Position numbers and translations under genes: made by a program. 64,000 bases of DNA from Archaeoglobaceae archaeon (GTDB lineage Archaea > Halobacteriota > Archaeoglobi > Archaeoglobales > Archaeoglobaceae). Positions 1-10,723 of the stretch are shown one piece after another; positions within the stretch are counted from its first letter, which is position 1, and every line of letters starts with the position of its first letter. The notes beneath the pieces are model-generated. The model was not told the DNA's origin and did not search any database. It saw nothing but the letters and a program-made list of their open reading frames with translations. The stretch spans positions 26,998 to 90,997 of the forward strand of contig JALSOQ010000010.1 of the NCBI GenBank assembly GCA_026986375.1, read 5' to 3'.

Positions 1-674
1 CGGGGCACTTCTGGATGGACGTGGACACTCCCGAGGAGCTCAAGAAGGCGAACAGGCTGATAGTCAGAATGAGTGTTAAGGGATCTGGAGACGGTTTCGT
101 TTCGAGGTATTTGAACAGAAAGATCTCCCTCCTAATTTCGGAAAAGCTCGTGAACCACATAACCCCCAATCAGGCGACGATTCTGAGCTTCCTTGTCGGA
201 GTTCTCTCCGCCCTCCTAAACTTCGTGAGCGTCCCTCTCGCCGGAGTGATGTATCAGATCAGTTCGATTCTCGACGGGATAGACGGGGAGATAGCGAGAG
301 CATCTATGAGAACCTCCAAGTTCGGAGGCTGGCTCGATTCGATTCTGGACAGATACGTCGACTTCATGTTTCTGCTCTGCTTGGCTATAGTGAGCGGACT
401 CGACATGTTGGGCTGGGCGATCGCTTGCGTTGCGATGTTCGGATCGTTCATGGTGAGCTATTCCACTGAGAGATATAAGGGAGCGTTCTTCAGCGACTTC
501 TACGAGGACTTCGAGTTCAAGTTCCCGGGCAAGAGGGACGAGAGGATCTTTCTGACAATGCTGTTCTGCTTGGCGGGATTGATTTTTGAGCTTTTCGTTC
601 TACTCGCAGTATTGACGAACATGAGAGTGGCTTTAACGGTCTACGCGGTGGCGAAGTTTAAGAGATGCGAATGA
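1..674 (+). CDS. CDP-alcohol phosphatidyltransferase domain protein, 5'-truncated by the window edge. Probably the C-terminal half of a bifunctional CTP:inositol-1-phosphate cytidylyltransferase/di-myo-inositol-phosphate-phosphate synthase.
   Basis: The frame is open from nt 3 ([13 protein letters not shown], a typical nucleotidyltransferase domain end). It is followed by the CDP-OH-P transferase motif [30 protein letters not shown] and several TM helices. Confidence 0.6.
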   Translation, partial: GHFWMDVDTPEELKKANRLIVRMSVKGSGDGFVSRYLNRKISLLISEKLVNHITPNQATILSFLVGVLSALLNFVSVPLAGVMYQISSILDGIDGEIARASMRTSKFGGWLDSILDRYVDFMFLLCLAIVSGLDMLGWAIACVAMFGSFMVSYSTERYKGAFFSDFYEDFEFKFPGKRDERIFLTMLFCLAGLIFELFVLLAVLTNMRVALTVYAVAKFKRCE

Positions 675-687
675 TTAATTCTAACAC

Positions 688-1698
688 ATGGGGAAGTTCA
701 GGAGGATAGAAGCGGGAAGCTACTACAGCTATCTGAGCGAGGGATGCAGGCTTTGCAGGAGAGGGGCCAAGCTCGTCCTTTTCATTACGGGTCTTTGTCC
801 GAATAAGTGTTTCTACTGTCCGATTTCGGGGGAGAAACGTGGGAAGGATGTGATATACGCGAACGAGCGAGAGGTAAAATCTATCGATGACGTTAAGGCC
901 GAAGCTGAACTCATGGACGCTTTGGGAGTGGCGATAACCGGGGGAGAGCCCTTGGTAAAGCTCGAAAGGGTTTTGGATTTCATGGAGCGATTCAAAGATC
1001 TTCACATCCACCTATACACGAGTATCCCGGCAAAAAAGTCCGTTCTCGAAAAACTCGCCAAATCGGGACTCGATGAAATTAGGTTTCATCCGGTGGAGTT
1101 GAGGGACGTTAAAGCGTTCGATGAGCCTGTTCGCATCGCGAAGAAGCTCGGATTGGAGGTGGGTATAGAGATTCCCGCTCTGAGATTCAGCGAGGAGATT
1201 GCGGAGTTCGTCAACAAGCACGACATATTTCTGAACCTCAACGAGCTCGAATTTTCATCCACAAATTACGAAGAACTGATCAAGAGGGGTTACGAGCCGA
1301 ACGAGCATTACGGAGCTAAGGGAAGCGATGAAATAGCAAAGAAGTTCGCGGAAGTCGTGGATAAGTTCCACTACTGCACGGCGAAGTTCAAGGACAGAGC
1401 GCAGATGAGGAGGAGGTTCATAAGGATGGCAATGAACCATCCCGAGTTCTATCAGATTACAAGAGATGGAACGCTTATATGTGGATTTATAGAGGGTGAT
1501 AAAGAAAAAATTGAAAAGGCGAAAATGCTTTTGAGATCGAAGGGGCAGGATTTCGTCGAGGTGGAGGGGGGTATAGAGACCTCGGTAGAGTTCGTCGAGA
1601 GGTGGAGTGAAACTTTAAAAGCAGAGGGTCTTAAAGTGAGCATTATAGAGAGATACCCGACTTCCAAGAGGATAGTGGTCGAAGTCCTTCCGCTGTGA
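688..1698 (+). CDS. radical SAM domain protein
   Basis: CPNKCFYCP CxxxCxxC motif near the N-terminus; 336 aa; start is tightly spaced after the upstream gene. Confidence 0.75.
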   Translation: MGKFRRIEAGSYYSYLSEGCRLCRRGAKLVLFITGLCPNKCFYCPISGEKRGKDVIYANEREVKSIDDVKAEAELMDALGVAITGGEPLVKLERVLDFMERFKDLHIHLYTSIPAKKSVLEKLAKSGLDEIRFHPVELRDVKAFDEPVRIAKKLGLEVGIEIPALRFSEEIAEFVNKHDIFLNLNELEFSSTNYEELIKRGYEPNEHYGAKGSDEIAKKFAEVVDKFHYCTAKFKDRAQMRRRFIRMAMNHPEFYQITRDGTLICGFIEGDKEKIEKAKMLLRSKGQDFVEVEGGIETSVEFVERWSETLKAEGLKVSIIERYPTSKRIVVEVLPL

Positions 1699-1707
1699 GG
1701 TGTTCTT

Positions 1708-2013
1708 GTGAAAAGGGAGGAGATAGAGGCGAGGCTGAGGAAGTATTTGGAAAGGGACAGGAAGGGCGTTCGTAAGGAGTTACTCAAGTTGCTCTTGGAC
1801 GGAAGGAAATATACGACGACGGAGATATACGAGAAGCTGAGAGAGAAGGGATTCGACTTAAACATCAGAGGAGTTTCGGCTATGGTAGGATTGATGAGTG
1901 CTCGCTTGGGAATTCTAAAGATGGAGCTCGGAGATAAGAACAGATACTTCATAAAGCCCGAATACGTAGACTTGGTTAAGGCTATTCTTCGGGAATTTGA
2001 TCGTATATGTTGA
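1708..2013 (+). CDS. small conserved hypothetical protein, possibly winged-helix like
   Basis: 101-aa ORF with a GTG start, 9 nt after the upstream stop, overlapping the uppS start. Basic and helical in composition. Confidence 0.4.
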   Translation: MKREEIEARLRKYLERDRKGVRKELLKLLLDGRKYTTTEIYEKLREKGFDLNIRGVSAMVGLMSARLGILKMELGDKNRYFIKPEYVDLVKAILREFDRIC

Positions 2014-2768
2014 GTAAAATTATTTATAAAATTTACGAAATTAAGCTTTTGAAGGAGGTTAAGGCCAAGCCTCTTCCGAATCACGTAGCGATAATAATGG
2101 ATGGAAATAGGAGGTTTGCCAGAAAAAGGGGTTTGCCATCTTACGTTGGGCACGTTTTCGGTTCCCGTAAAGCCGAGCAGGTTTTGGAGTGGTGCTTCGA
2201 GTTGGGAATTAAAACCCTCACAACGTACGCTTTCTCTACGGAAAATTTCAGGAGAAGTGAGGAAGAAAAACGCCACCTCTTTCGCCTGATTGAGGATAGG
2301 CTTAGAAAGCTCGCTAAGGATAGGAGGATACACAAGAACAGGGTTAGAGTTAGGATAGTTGGCAGGAAGGATCTGCTCCCGGAAAACGTCCTGAGTGCGG
2401 TGGAGGAAGTTGAAAGGGCGACGAGGCGTTACGACAACTACAAGCTTAACATAGCGATCGCATACGGAGGAAGGCAGGAGTTGATGGACGCGATAAGGGA
2501 GATTCTGCGAAAGGTAAAGGCCGGAATTCTTAAAGTAGAGGAAATAACGCCGGAGGTTATAGAGGAGCACCTCTACGCGAACGGAGATTACGTCAAGGTG
2601 GATCTGCTGATAAGGACGGGAGGAGAGCAGAGGCTTTCGAACTTCCTACCTTGGCAGTCCGCAAACTGCGTCGCATACTTCTGCGACGTTTACTGGCCCG
2701 AATTCAGGAAGATAGATCTGCTCAGAGCCATAAGGGCGTGGCAGATCAGGAGTCAAAAATATAAATAG
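2007..2768 (+). CDS. uppS: cis-prenyltransferase (undecaprenyl/di-trans,poly-cis-polyprenyl diphosphate synthase)
   Basis: HVAIIMDGNRRFA, TTYAFSTENF.R and IRTGGEQRLSNFLPWQ signatures of the UPP synthase family. Confidence 0.85.
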   Translation: MLSKIIYKIYEIKLLKEVKAKPLPNHVAIIMDGNRRFARKRGLPSYVGHVFGSRKAEQVLEWCFELGIKTLTTYAFSTENFRRSEEEKRHLFRLIEDRLRKLAKDRRIHKNRVRVRIVGRKDLLPENVLSAVEEVERATRRYDNYKLNIAIAYGGRQELMDAIREILRKVKAGILKVEEITPEVIEEHLYANGDYVKVDLLIRTGGEQRLSNFLPWQSANCVAYFCDVYWPEFRKIDLLRAIRAWQIRSQKYK

Positions 2769-2789
2769 CGTATCAGAAATCCGATTTCT

Positions 2790-4001
2790 ATGACGTCGAA
2801 GGTGATGTATGAGTTCAAGAGAAAGCTTGAGGAGTTGGAGAGGTATAAGGGAAGGGGGACAGAACTCATCACGCTTTACATTCCTCCCGGTAAGAACATT
2901 GCGGATGTGGCCAATCAGCTTAGGAGCGAGCTTAGTCAGGCCGAAAACATAAAGTCGAAGCAGACGAGGGTTCACGTTAAAGCGGGATTGGAGGCCATAC
3001 TCCAGAGGCTCAAGATGTTCAAAAAACCTCCCGAGCATGGAATGGTGATAGTGAGCGGTGTCGTGGAGATAGACGGAAAGGAGAAGCACATAACCGAAAT
3101 AATAATTCCTCCGGAGCCCGTTCCTCTATACAAATACCACTGCGACTCCAAGTTCTACCTCGATCCCCTCAAGGAGATGCTAAAGGACAAGAAGCTTTAC
3201 GGTCTAATAGTTTTGGACAGAAGGGAAGCGACGATAGGACTGCTAAGGGGGAAGAGGATAGAGGTATTAGCCTACACGACTTCGATGGTTCCGGGTAAGC
3301 ACAGGCAGGGAGGACAGAGTAGCGTCAGGTTCGAGAGGTTGAGGCAGATAGCGATCCACGAGTTCTACAAGAAGGTGGGGGAGAAGGCGAGCGAAGCCTT
3401 TCTGCAGTATAAGGACGAGTTGCTCGGAATTCTAATCGGAGGGCCTTCCCCGACTAAGGAGGAGTTCTACAAGGGAGAATACCTCCACCACGAACTCCAG
3501 AGAAAGGTAATAGGGCTTTTCGACGTCGGATACACTGATGAAAGCGGGCTTTACGAGCTGGTGGAGAAGGCCGAGGACGCTCTGCAGGAGCTCGACCTGA
3601 TAAGGGAGAAGAAGCTGATGAACAGGTTTCTGAAGGAGGTCGTTAAGGACGGACTTGCAGCTTACGGGGAAGAGGAGGTGAGGAGATACCTTACTCTCGG
3701 GGCGGTGGATATTCTATTGCTCAGCGAAGATCTGAGGCTCGAAAGGGTTCGCTATAGGTGTCCGGCTTGCGGGAAGGAGAAGGAGGAGACTGTCAGAGAT
3801 GGAGCGGGGAGTAAAGTCGTGTGTGAGTGTGGTGTGGAGATGGAGGAAGTAGAAAGGAAGGACGTAGTTTTAGAGCTTTCCGAATTGGCAGAGCAGAGCG
3901 GTGCGAAGGTTGAGATACTATCGACGGAATCTGAAGAGGGGGCAATGCTTCTGAACGCCTTCGGAGGAATTGCGGCTATACTGAGGTTCAAGCCGAAATG
4001 A
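2790..4001 (+). CDS. prf1: peptide chain release factor aRF1
   Basis: GGQS motif (KHRQGGQSSVRFERLR), NIKS motif (ENIKSKQTR), and about 400 aa, typical for aRF1. Confidence 0.9.
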   Translation: MTSKVMYEFKRKLEELERYKGRGTELITLYIPPGKNIADVANQLRSELSQAENIKSKQTRVHVKAGLEAILQRLKMFKKPPEHGMVIVSGVVEIDGKEKHITEIIIPPEPVPLYKYHCDSKFYLDPLKEMLKDKKLYGLIVLDRREATIGLLRGKRIEVLAYTTSMVPGKHRQGGQSSVRFERLRQIAIHEFYKKVGEKASEAFLQYKDELLGILIGGPSPTKEEFYKGEYLHHELQRKVIGLFDVGYTDESGLYELVEKAEDALQELDLIREKKLMNRFLKEVVKDGLAAYGEEEVRRYLTLGAVDILLLSEDLRLERVRYRCPACGKEKEETVRDGAGSKVVCECGVEMEEVERKDVVLELSELAEQSGAKVEILSTESEEGAMLLNAFGGIAAILRFKPK

Positions 4002-4342
4002 AGGGGTGCTACCTTTTATTCCTAAAGCTGTCGAGCGACAAGTTGATAGAAGTGGGTAGCTTGGGCGAGATAGATTTTAAAGCTGGTTACTACGTTTACG
4101 TTGGAAGTGGGATGAACAACGTGCTTAAGAGGGTTGAGAGGCACTTCAGTATGGAGAAGAGATTGAGGTGGCACATAGATTATCTCACTATCCAAGCGGA
4201 TGAGATGCACGCCTTAATAATTCCGACTGACGTTAAGATCGAGTGCGAACTCGCGAAGTTCTTCGCAACCAACTTCGATTACGTGAGAGGTTTCGGATGT
4301 TCTGATTGCGACTGCGAGAGCCATCTTTTCTACTTGGAATAG
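3998..4342 (+). CDS. GIY-YIG-like / DUF123-type small protein
   Basis: YYVYVGSGMNNVLKRVERH and RWHIDYL resemble the DUF123 (GIY-YIG superfamily) pattern. ATGA overlap with prf1. Confidence 0.55.
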   Translation: MKGCYLLFLKLSSDKLIEVGSLGEIDFKAGYYVYVGSGMNNVLKRVERHFSMEKRLRWHIDYLTIQADEMHALIIPTDVKIECELAKFFATNFDYVRGFGCSDCDCESHLFYLE

Positions 4343-4377
4343 AAAGCGATTTATTACTTCGGAATTCCCGAAGAACG

Positions 4378-5820
4378 ATGCTGTCGCCGTTCGAGGTTAA
4401 GTTGCTGAAGTCACTCGAAGTGGGAAAGAGGTATTCAGTGAATGAAGCTTCCAAAATTGTAGGAATAAGCAAGGATGCGGTTTTCAGAGCCTCCCAATCA
4501 CTGCAGAGTAAGGGTTACGCGGAGGTGCTGGAGGAGGTCAGAAAGGAATACAGGTTAACGGAGGAAGGGAGAGAGTACTTGGAGAAAGGACTTCCAGAAG
4601 AAAGGCTGTTCAGGATTTTGAAGGAAAAGAGAGAGGTAGATTTAAAGGACTTGGAGGAGGAGTTCGGAAAATCGCTTTTGGGCATAGCCTTGGGATGGCT
4701 GAAAAGGAAGGGAGCGGTGGAAGTGGAAAAGGGAAAGATTAGACTCGTCAAGGACGTCGATTTTAAGGAAAGGGAAGCTTTGAGGCTCGTTGCTGAGGGT
4801 AGGTGGGAGGAAGTTCCCAACGAAATTCTGAAAGTCCTGCTCAAGAGGAAGCTCGTCGAGGAAGAGGAGGAGAAGGAGATATACGTTAGAATATTGAAGA
4901 AGCCCGAGGTCGAGCTTAAGGAATACGTAACCGATCTAACGCCGGAACTCATAATTTCGGGGAAGTGGAGGGAGAAGGAGTTCCTCAAATACGACGTAAA
5001 AATTCCTTCTAAAGAGATATTCGTCGGGAAGACCCATCCTTACGAGAGGATAATAAGGGAGTGCAGGAAGATATTCTTGGAGATGGGGTTCACGGAGATA
5101 AAGGGTCACTATGTTCAGCCCTCCTTCTGGAACTTCGACGCCCTCTTCCAGCCTCAGGATCATCCGGCGAGGGAGATGCAGGACACGTTCTACCTCGACA
5201 AGCACGTCGAAATTCCTGAGGATTTGGCCGAGAAGGTAAGGCGGACACACGAAAACGGATGGATAACCGGCTCCACGGGCTGGGGTGGGAAGTGGGACGT
5301 GAAAAAGGCGAAACAACTCGTCCTTAGAACGCACACCACTGCCATAACGATACACTACCTCGCAAAACATCCAAAGCCCCCGGTTAAGGCGTTCTGCATA
5401 GATAGGGTTTACAGGAGGGAGGCGATAGACCCGACACATCTACCGGAGTTCGATCAGCTTGAGGGAGTAGTGTTGGATGAGAACGTAGGATTCAAAGACC
5501 TCTTGGGATTGCTCAGGGAATTCTTCCTCAAGATGGGTTTCGAGGATGTCAGGTTCAGACCGGGTTACTTCCCTTATACCGAGCCGAGCGTGGAGCCTGA
5601 AGTTTATGTCGAAGGTTTGGGATGGGTTGAACTCGGGGGAGCGGGAATTTTCAGGAAGGAGGTAACCGAGCCCCTGGGAATAAAGGGAAGGGTCTTGGCG
5701 TGGGGTCTGGGGATAGGAAGACTGGCGATGCTTCGATTGGGTATGAAAGATCTCAGGAAGCTCTACCAGCCGGACTTAGGCTGGCTTAGGAATTGTCCGG
5801 TTATTAAAACCCTTTTATAA
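4378..5820 (+). CDS. pheS: phenylalanine--tRNA ligase alpha subunit
   Basis: Class II aaRS motifs ([27 protein letters not shown]). The ATG at 4378 ([10 protein letters not shown]) is preferred over the track start at 4306, which overlaps the previous gene. Confidence 0.9.
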   Translation: MLSPFEVKLLKSLEVGKRYSVNEASKIVGISKDAVFRASQSLQSKGYAEVLEEVRKEYRLTEEGREYLEKGLPEERLFRILKEKREVDLKDLEEEFGKSLLGIALGWLKRKGAVEVEKGKIRLVKDVDFKEREALRLVAEGRWEEVPNEILKVLLKRKLVEEEEEKEIYVRILKKPEVELKEYVTDLTPELIISGKWREKEFLKYDVKIPSKEIFVGKTHPYERIIRECRKIFLEMGFTEIKGHYVQPSFWNFDALFQPQDHPAREMQDTFYLDKHVEIPEDLAEKVRRTHENGWITGSTGWGGKWDVKKAKQLVLRTHTTAITIHYLAKHPKPPVKAFCIDRVYRREAIDPTHLPEFDQLEGVVLDENVGFKDLLGLLREFFLKMGFEDVRFRPGYFPYTEPSVEPEVYVEGLGWVELGGAGIFRKEVTEPLGIKGRVLAWGLGIGRLAMLRLGMKDLRKLYQPDLGWLRNCPVIKTLL

Positions 5821-5840
5821 CGATAAGGCCAACTCGAATC

Positions 5841-6773
5841 GTGCTTCCGGACATTCAATTTTTAAGACCCGAAGTTCCGGTAAGGATCAACAGAGTGGGT
5901 GCAGTGGGAGTTAAGAAGCTCGTAGAGGTCGAGAGAACGGGTAAGAGACCGATAATACTGATATCGAAGTTCGACGTTTTCGTCGATCTTCCGGAGGAGA
6001 TGAAAGGTGCAAACTTGAGCAGAAATTTCGAGGCAATAGATGAGGTTTTAGAAGCTCTGACGGAGAGGCCCGTTAAGAAGATAGAAGATCTCTGTCTAAA
6101 GATCGCGGAAACTCTCCTCAACAGGCACGAATACGCAACCAAGGCGGAAGTCAAAATGGACTCCGAGCTTATACTCAAGAAGAGGACGCCCGTAACTGCA
6201 AGAAAAACTCAGGAGGTTGTGAAAATAATCGGAGAGGCGGTCGTTTGGAGAAACGGCGGTAGGAGGGTTTTTGTCGGTGCAGAAGTCGTTGGAGTTACAG
6301 CATGTCCGTGCGCTCAGGAGATGGTCAAGGCGAGGGTGAGGGAAAAACTGAGGAAAATGGGATTTGGAGACGAGGATATCGATAAGATCTTAAATGCGAT
6401 ACCTTTAGCGAGCCACAACCAGAGGGGAAGGGCGCTGATAAAGATCGAAGTTAGGGATTTCACACCCAACATAGACAAGCTTATCGAAATAGCAAAGAAG
6501 GCGATGAGCGGAGAGATATACGAGGTTCTGAAGAGGGAGGACGAGCTCGAAGTCGTATGGAGAGCCCACCTAAATCCGAGGTTCGTCGAGGACTGCGTTA
6601 GATTGATGGCAAAGATGGTAATCGAGGAGTTTCCCGACGCTCCGGATGATGTGATCGTTTTTTTCAGGCAGGAGAACGAGGAGAGCATTCATCAGCACAA
6701 CGTCATTGCGGAAAAGATTGCGACCATGGGTGAACTCAGAAGGGAGTTATCTTCTTATGAGCGAAAAGTATAG
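5841..6773 (+). CDS. mptA: GTP cyclohydrolase MptA/FolE2 family (GTP cyclohydrolase IV)
   Basis: The N-terminal PDIQ...[14 protein letters not shown] pattern, ACPCAQE and 310 aa fit the FolE2/MptA family. Confidence 0.75.
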   Translation: MLPDIQFLRPEVPVRINRVGAVGVKKLVEVERTGKRPIILISKFDVFVDLPEEMKGANLSRNFEAIDEVLEALTERPVKKIEDLCLKIAETLLNRHEYATKAEVKMDSELILKKRTPVTARKTQEVVKIIGEAVVWRNGGRRVFVGAEVVGVTACPCAQEMVKARVREKLRKMGFGDEDIDKILNAIPLASHNQRGRALIKIEVRDFTPNIDKLIEIAKKAMSGEIYEVLKREDELEVVWRAHLNPRFVEDCVRLMAKMVIEEFPDAPDDVIVFFRQENEESIHQHNVIAEKIATMGELRRELSSYERKV

Positions 6774-7571
6774 GTCTTCGAGCCTCTTGGTTTCGATATC
6801 TATTCCGACGATCTTTCCCCTCGGAACTACCTCTCTAAGGAATTCGTTCAGATCCTCGATGTCATTCGTGACGAACGTTCTCTCAACCCCATCGAGCTTG
6901 TAACGGACGACGTAGGTCTGCATTCCCTTCAGCTCCTCGATGTCACCGTAGAACAGAATTCTGCCCTCCTTCATTATCGCGACCTTGTCGCACACGAACT
7001 CGACGTAGTATAGGTTGTGGGCGGAGAAGAGTATCGCCTTGTCCTTCAAGTTTTTCATGAACTCGGCTATGAATAGAGACGTGGAAGGATCGAGCCCGCC
7101 GATAGGCTCGTCGTATATAAGGTAATCGGGATCGTGCATTAAGGATCTCGCTATGGAAAGCTTTCTCTTCATTCCTTTCGAAAACTCCGCTATCGTTTTG
7201 TTCGGAATTCTCAGGGATTCCATCAATTCTTCAGCCCTCCTCTTAGCAACGTCTCCTTTCACCCCGTAGAGGGATGCGAAGAAAGTGAGGTATTCGAGGG
7301 CGTTCATGTCCTCGTAGAGCGAATCGACTTCCGGAACGTAACCTATTCTCTTCCTGAGCTTACCGCGATTTTCTAAGAAGTCCAAACCGTCGTATTCAAC
7401 TCTTCCGGAATCCGGCTTGAGCAAGCCTACGAGGATCTTTATCGTCGTTGACTTTCCCGCTCCGTTTTCTCCTATAAGACCCAAGATCTCCCCCTTCCTT
7501 ATTTCGAAGCTGACACCCTTCAACGCCAAAAACTTACCGTATCTCTTAACCAAGCCCTCGACCTTTAGCAT
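6747..7571 (-). CDS. ABC transporter ATP-binding protein
   Basis: Walker [10 protein letters not shown], signature [12 protein letters not shown], Walker [12 protein letters not shown]. Confidence 0.85.
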   Translation of the reverse strand: MLKVEGLVKRYGKFLALKGVSFEIRKGEILGLIGENGAGKSTTIKILVGLLKPDSGRVEYDGLDFLENRGKLRKRIGYVPEVDSLYEDMNALEYLTFFASLYGVKGDVAKRRAEELMESLRIPNKTIAEFSKGMKRKLSIARSLMHDPDYLIYDEPIGGLDPSTSLFIAEFMKNLKDKAILFSAHNLYYVEFVCDKVAIMKEGRILFYGDIEELKGMQTYVVRYKLDGVERTFVTNDIEDLNEFLREVVPRGKIVGIDIETKRLEDLYFSLIRR

Positions 7572-7611
7572 CCTTATCGACGGACGATAGAATTATATAT
7601 ATCTCTTTCTC

Positions 7612-9165
7612 ATGCTCATTATAATGTTTAAAATAGCTCTGATGGAGCTCAAAAGGAAGAGGTGGGACAGGAGGTTCTTTTCAATTCTGATATTACTGGC
7701 CATTGTTTCCGTTGCCCTCTCAATTCATTCTATTTCGGAGGGAGTAAAGATAGATAGGGAAATATACACGATAAACGTCCGCGTGGATGATCCGAAGTTC
7801 GTAGTGACGAAAAATCCAGATGTAGTTGTATCGGACGGGAACGTTTTCGTTAAAGGTGATCTGAAATCTTTATCCGCCTTCGACGAGCTCAGAAATTACC
7901 TCAGAAGGCTGTATGACGAGTGGATCTACGAGAAGTTCGACGATTCTGCTTTCCCCGTTTTACTCAGGGTCGTAAGGATACCCACAAAAGCTGAAACGTT
8001 CCTTCCGAAACCTAAAAAGGTCGTCGTCAAAGAGAAAAGTGTAAGGGGGGTCTTAAAGAAGACGGAACGGGAGAAAATCGTAAAGACTACTCCAAAGATG
8101 TTTGCCGGAAATTTCAGTAAGAGCAATGTGAGTTTGAATTTCCTTACACCAGAGCAACTCAGACCTCCAAGCCTACTGGAGAAGATAATATACGCTTTCG
8201 CTTTCGTAATTCCGGTATACTTCGTAGTTCAGGTTTACTCATCCTCAGCCGTAGAGGACAAGATAAAGAGGAGACTGGATCTTCTGTTCGTTGCGAAAGA
8301 TGAGTGGAAGGTCTTCGCCGGAAAGATAATACCTTATTTTGTGCTTTCATCACTGTTAGCGATCGTAATTCTAACTGTTTTCGGAAAACCCCTCGGAGTA
8401 CCTCTCCTCCTTCCCGTAATTATCTTCATGTTCGCCTTGAGCACATTCACCGCGATGATTTCGAGGAGCTACAGGGAAATGACCTTTTTAACCATAATCC
8501 TGTCGATTCTCGTAACCATATATCTCTTCATTCCGGCCGTATTCAACGTAATGCAGTTCAGCAAGATCTCGCCCATAACACTCCTACTCGAAGATAAATA
8601 CGGACTCAAGGAATACCTGATCGCGACCCTTCAATTTTACGTTATGTCTGCGGTTCTTTTCCACCTATCCATAAATTCGATCGAAATCATGCACTCGAAG
8701 TCCAATCCTATCGATAAAGTCGTTCAAATTTCCGTGAGGACGGTAAATCGCTACGAACTCGTCCTAATCGCATCTCTTCTATCCATTCCTTTCGTCTTCT
8801 TCATCGAGTTCTTCACCCTCTCCCTCATATTCGCTTTCAAATACGCTCTGATTGTGGTAATACTGTTGATAGGCGTTATCGAGGAGTTCTTCAAATCCGT
8901 TCTGATATATTCGGGGATTAGGAACGGTCTGAACCCATATGCGTGTGCTTTTCTGTCAGCGATCGGTTTCTTCTTGGGGGAGAAGGGCGTTCTATTTTCG
9001 ATGGTTTCCCTCAAATACGTTAAGTTCACACTAATCCCCCTGATGGCTCATCTCTTAGCTTCTATAATCTTCGTCTTAACGCTTAGATTCGGATTTAAGA
9101 GAGCGTTGATCATGGCTTCCTCGTTTCACGCGATCTACGACTGGGTGGTTCTATGCTTAGCGTAG
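7612..9165 (+). CDS. polytopic membrane protein with a C-terminal PrsW-like intramembrane protease module
   Basis: Many TM helices. The C-terminal region carries IEEFFK (EExxK), GFFLGEKG and FHAIYDW (HxxxD), resembling PrsW family motifs. Divergent from the ABC ATPase gene. Confidence 0.5.
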   Translation: MLIIMFKIALMELKRKRWDRRFFSILILLAIVSVALSIHSISEGVKIDREIYTINVRVDDPKFVVTKNPDVVVSDGNVFVKGDLKSLSAFDELRNYLRRLYDEWIYEKFDDSAFPVLLRVVRIPTKAETFLPKPKKVVVKEKSVRGVLKKTEREKIVKTTPKMFAGNFSKSNVSLNFLTPEQLRPPSLLEKIIYAFAFVIPVYFVVQVYSSSAVEDKIKRRLDLLFVAKDEWKVFAGKIIPYFVLSSLLAIVILTVFGKPLGVPLLLPVIIFMFALSTFTAMISRSYREMTFLTIILSILVTIYLFIPAVFNVMQFSKISPITLLLEDKYGLKEYLIATLQFYVMSAVLFHLSINSIEIMHSKSNPIDKVVQISVRTVNRYELVLIASLLSIPFVFFIEFFTLSLIFAFKYALIVVILLIGVIEEFFKSVLIYSGIRNGLNPYACAFLSAIGFFLGEKGVLFSMVSLKYVKFTLIPLMAHLLASIIFVLTLRFGFKRALIMASSFHAIYDWVVLCLA

Positions 9166-10178
9166 CCCTCAAAGATCTGAAGAGCGTGAGGAGGGAGAAA
9201 ACGATACTTCTGGTAATAGCTCTGCTTTTCTTCGTAGCGTCCTTCTCATCGCTCGTAGTGTTCGGGTTAACCGTTCTCTATTCTCCCTCCGGCTACACGA
9301 ACGCGGTAGTCGGATTGGTAGGTAAGGCTCCGATATTCTCGTCGATAGTCCATCCGATTCAATACGATTCGCTCGATAAGGCTTTATCGGACTTGAGAAA
9401 CGGAAAAATAGACGCAGTAGTAGTTTTCAACGAGAACGTCACCGGAAAGAACTTCATTACGATATACGTTCCGAAGGAAGACCTTAAGGCCATTAAAGCT
9501 ACGCTCTACCTGAGGAAGAAGCTCATGGAGTATCAGGATGTTCTAAGGAGAATGAGAGGCATTCCGACGCTCAACTTAAAGGTTTACGAGGACGGGAGGG
9601 AGATAGATGTGCCGGAGGGGTATTCCATACACTTCAGATTCGTGTACGTCATGTTGATACCCCTACTGGCGGTGACCACCGCTGTAATATCGGCGGCTTT
9701 CTTGATAGATTCGATATGCGAGGAGGTGGAAACGAAAACGATCGAAGTCCTGCTGACAGCCCTTGATTCGGGAGAAATCGTCTCGGGAAAGGTCTTAGCT
9801 TCCCTCGTTCTGTCCATCGTTCTGACGGCATTCTGGATGGTCATGCTATCGATCAACGGGTTTAAAATTTCGAATCCGGCGATAGCCTTCCTGATCTGCA
9901 TGGCGATATGCGCTCTATTTACTTCTTTAGCCCTAATAGTTTCCTCCCTAACGATGACGAGGGAGAAGGCTCAACTCGTCTTTTCAATTTTAGTAATTTC
10001 GGCGATAATGCTCATGTTCTCCGATTCAAGCACTCCCGTAGGTTTGCTCGTAAGGGTTTCCGCAAACTCTCCGTTTAAAATCGAATCCGTCATAGCCTAC
10101 TTTATCCTTTCTACCCTCGCCATGCTGATAGCAATACTCTTTGCGGATAGGAGGATTTCCAAAAACAGTAATAGCTGA
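9153..10178 (+). CDS. ABC-2 type transporter permease
   Basis: N-terminal TM helix, large loop, then 5 C-terminal TM helices, the typical ABC-2 layout. Overlaps the upstream membrane gene by 13 nt. Confidence 0.6.
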   Translation: MLSVALKDLKSVRREKTILLVIALLFFVASFSSLVVFGLTVLYSPSGYTNAVVGLVGKAPIFSSIVHPIQYDSLDKALSDLRNGKIDAVVVFNENVTGKNFITIYVPKEDLKAIKATLYLRKKLMEYQDVLRRMRGIPTLNLKVYEDGREIDVPEGYSIHFRFVYVMLIPLLAVTTAVISAAFLIDSICEEVETKTIEVLLTALDSGEIVSGKVLASLVLSIVLTAFWMVMLSINGFKISNPAIAFLICMAICALFTSLALIVSSLTMTREKAQLVFSILVISAIMLMFSDSSTPVGLLVRVSANSPFKIESVIAYFILSTLAMLIAILFADRRISKNSNS

Positions 10179-10195
10179 ACGGTCGATCTTCTGGC

Positions 10196-10723
10196 ATGGA
10201 GGTGGAGATCAAGTTCAGAGCGGACGAGAGCGTCGAGGATAGGATTAGAAGCGTTGCGGAGTTCATTTGCGAGAAGGTGGAGGAGGACGTTTACTTCAAC
10301 TCTCAGGTGAGAGATTTCAGGGAGAGCGATGAAGCTCTCAGAGTGAGGAGGGATGAGGAGGAGGTGAGGCTGACATACAAGGGGCCGAAGGTCGATCCGG
10401 AAACCAAGACGAGGGAGGAGATGGAGGTAGTGGTGAACGACTATCGGAAGGCTTTGGAAATTCTCAGCAGGTTGGGTTTCAGAGTCATAAGAAAAGTCGT
10501 AAAGAGGAGGAGGATTTACAGATACGGAGAAGTTACGATTTGCTTCGACGACGTGGAGGGTTTGGGAAAGTTCGTCGAAATAGAGGTTAATTCCGACGAC
10601 GTAGATTCTGCAAAGCGCAAGGTATTCGAGGTGGCGGAGTTGCTCGGACTCGATCCTTCGAATTCGATAAGGGAATCCTACTTGGAGATGCTCATGAGAG
10701 ATACCTCGACTTCAGAAGCCTGA
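10196..10723 (+). CDS. CYTH domain protein (class IV adenylate cyclase / triphosphate tunnel metalloenzyme)
   Basis: N-terminal EVEIKFR (ExExK) motif and 175 aa, typical of CYTH/CyaB. Confidence 0.75.
   Translation: MEVEIKFRADESVEDRIRSVAEFICEKVEEDVYFNSQVRDFRESDEALRVRRDEEEVRLTYKGPKVDPETKTREEMEVVVNDYRKALEILSRLGFRVIRKVVKRRRIYRYGEVTICFDDVEGLGKFVEIEVNSDDVDSAKRKVFEVAELLGLDPSNSIRESYLEMLMRDTSTSEA

Noticed and set aside
1452-2570. Long antisense ORFs opposite confident genes. Examples are the 372-aa ORF at 1452-2570, and ORFs at 4515-4988, 16873-17373, 18931-19254, 39841-40488, 42399-42770, 56490-57365 and 51039-51674.
   Set aside because: Their translations are low-complexity and S/L/R/P-rich with no motifs. 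They lie entirely within, and opposite to, well-supported genes, so they are shadow ORFs from codon bias.
4306-4377. The track start at 4306 for pheS, and similar upstream-extended starts for cbf5 (13906), dapF (21871), purP (23212), the flavin reductase (23302), DUF2240 (47770) and AMMECR1 (61071).
   Set aside because: The extensions overlap neighbouring genes and encode non-conserved-looking peptides. Internal ATGs give N-termini typical of the families.
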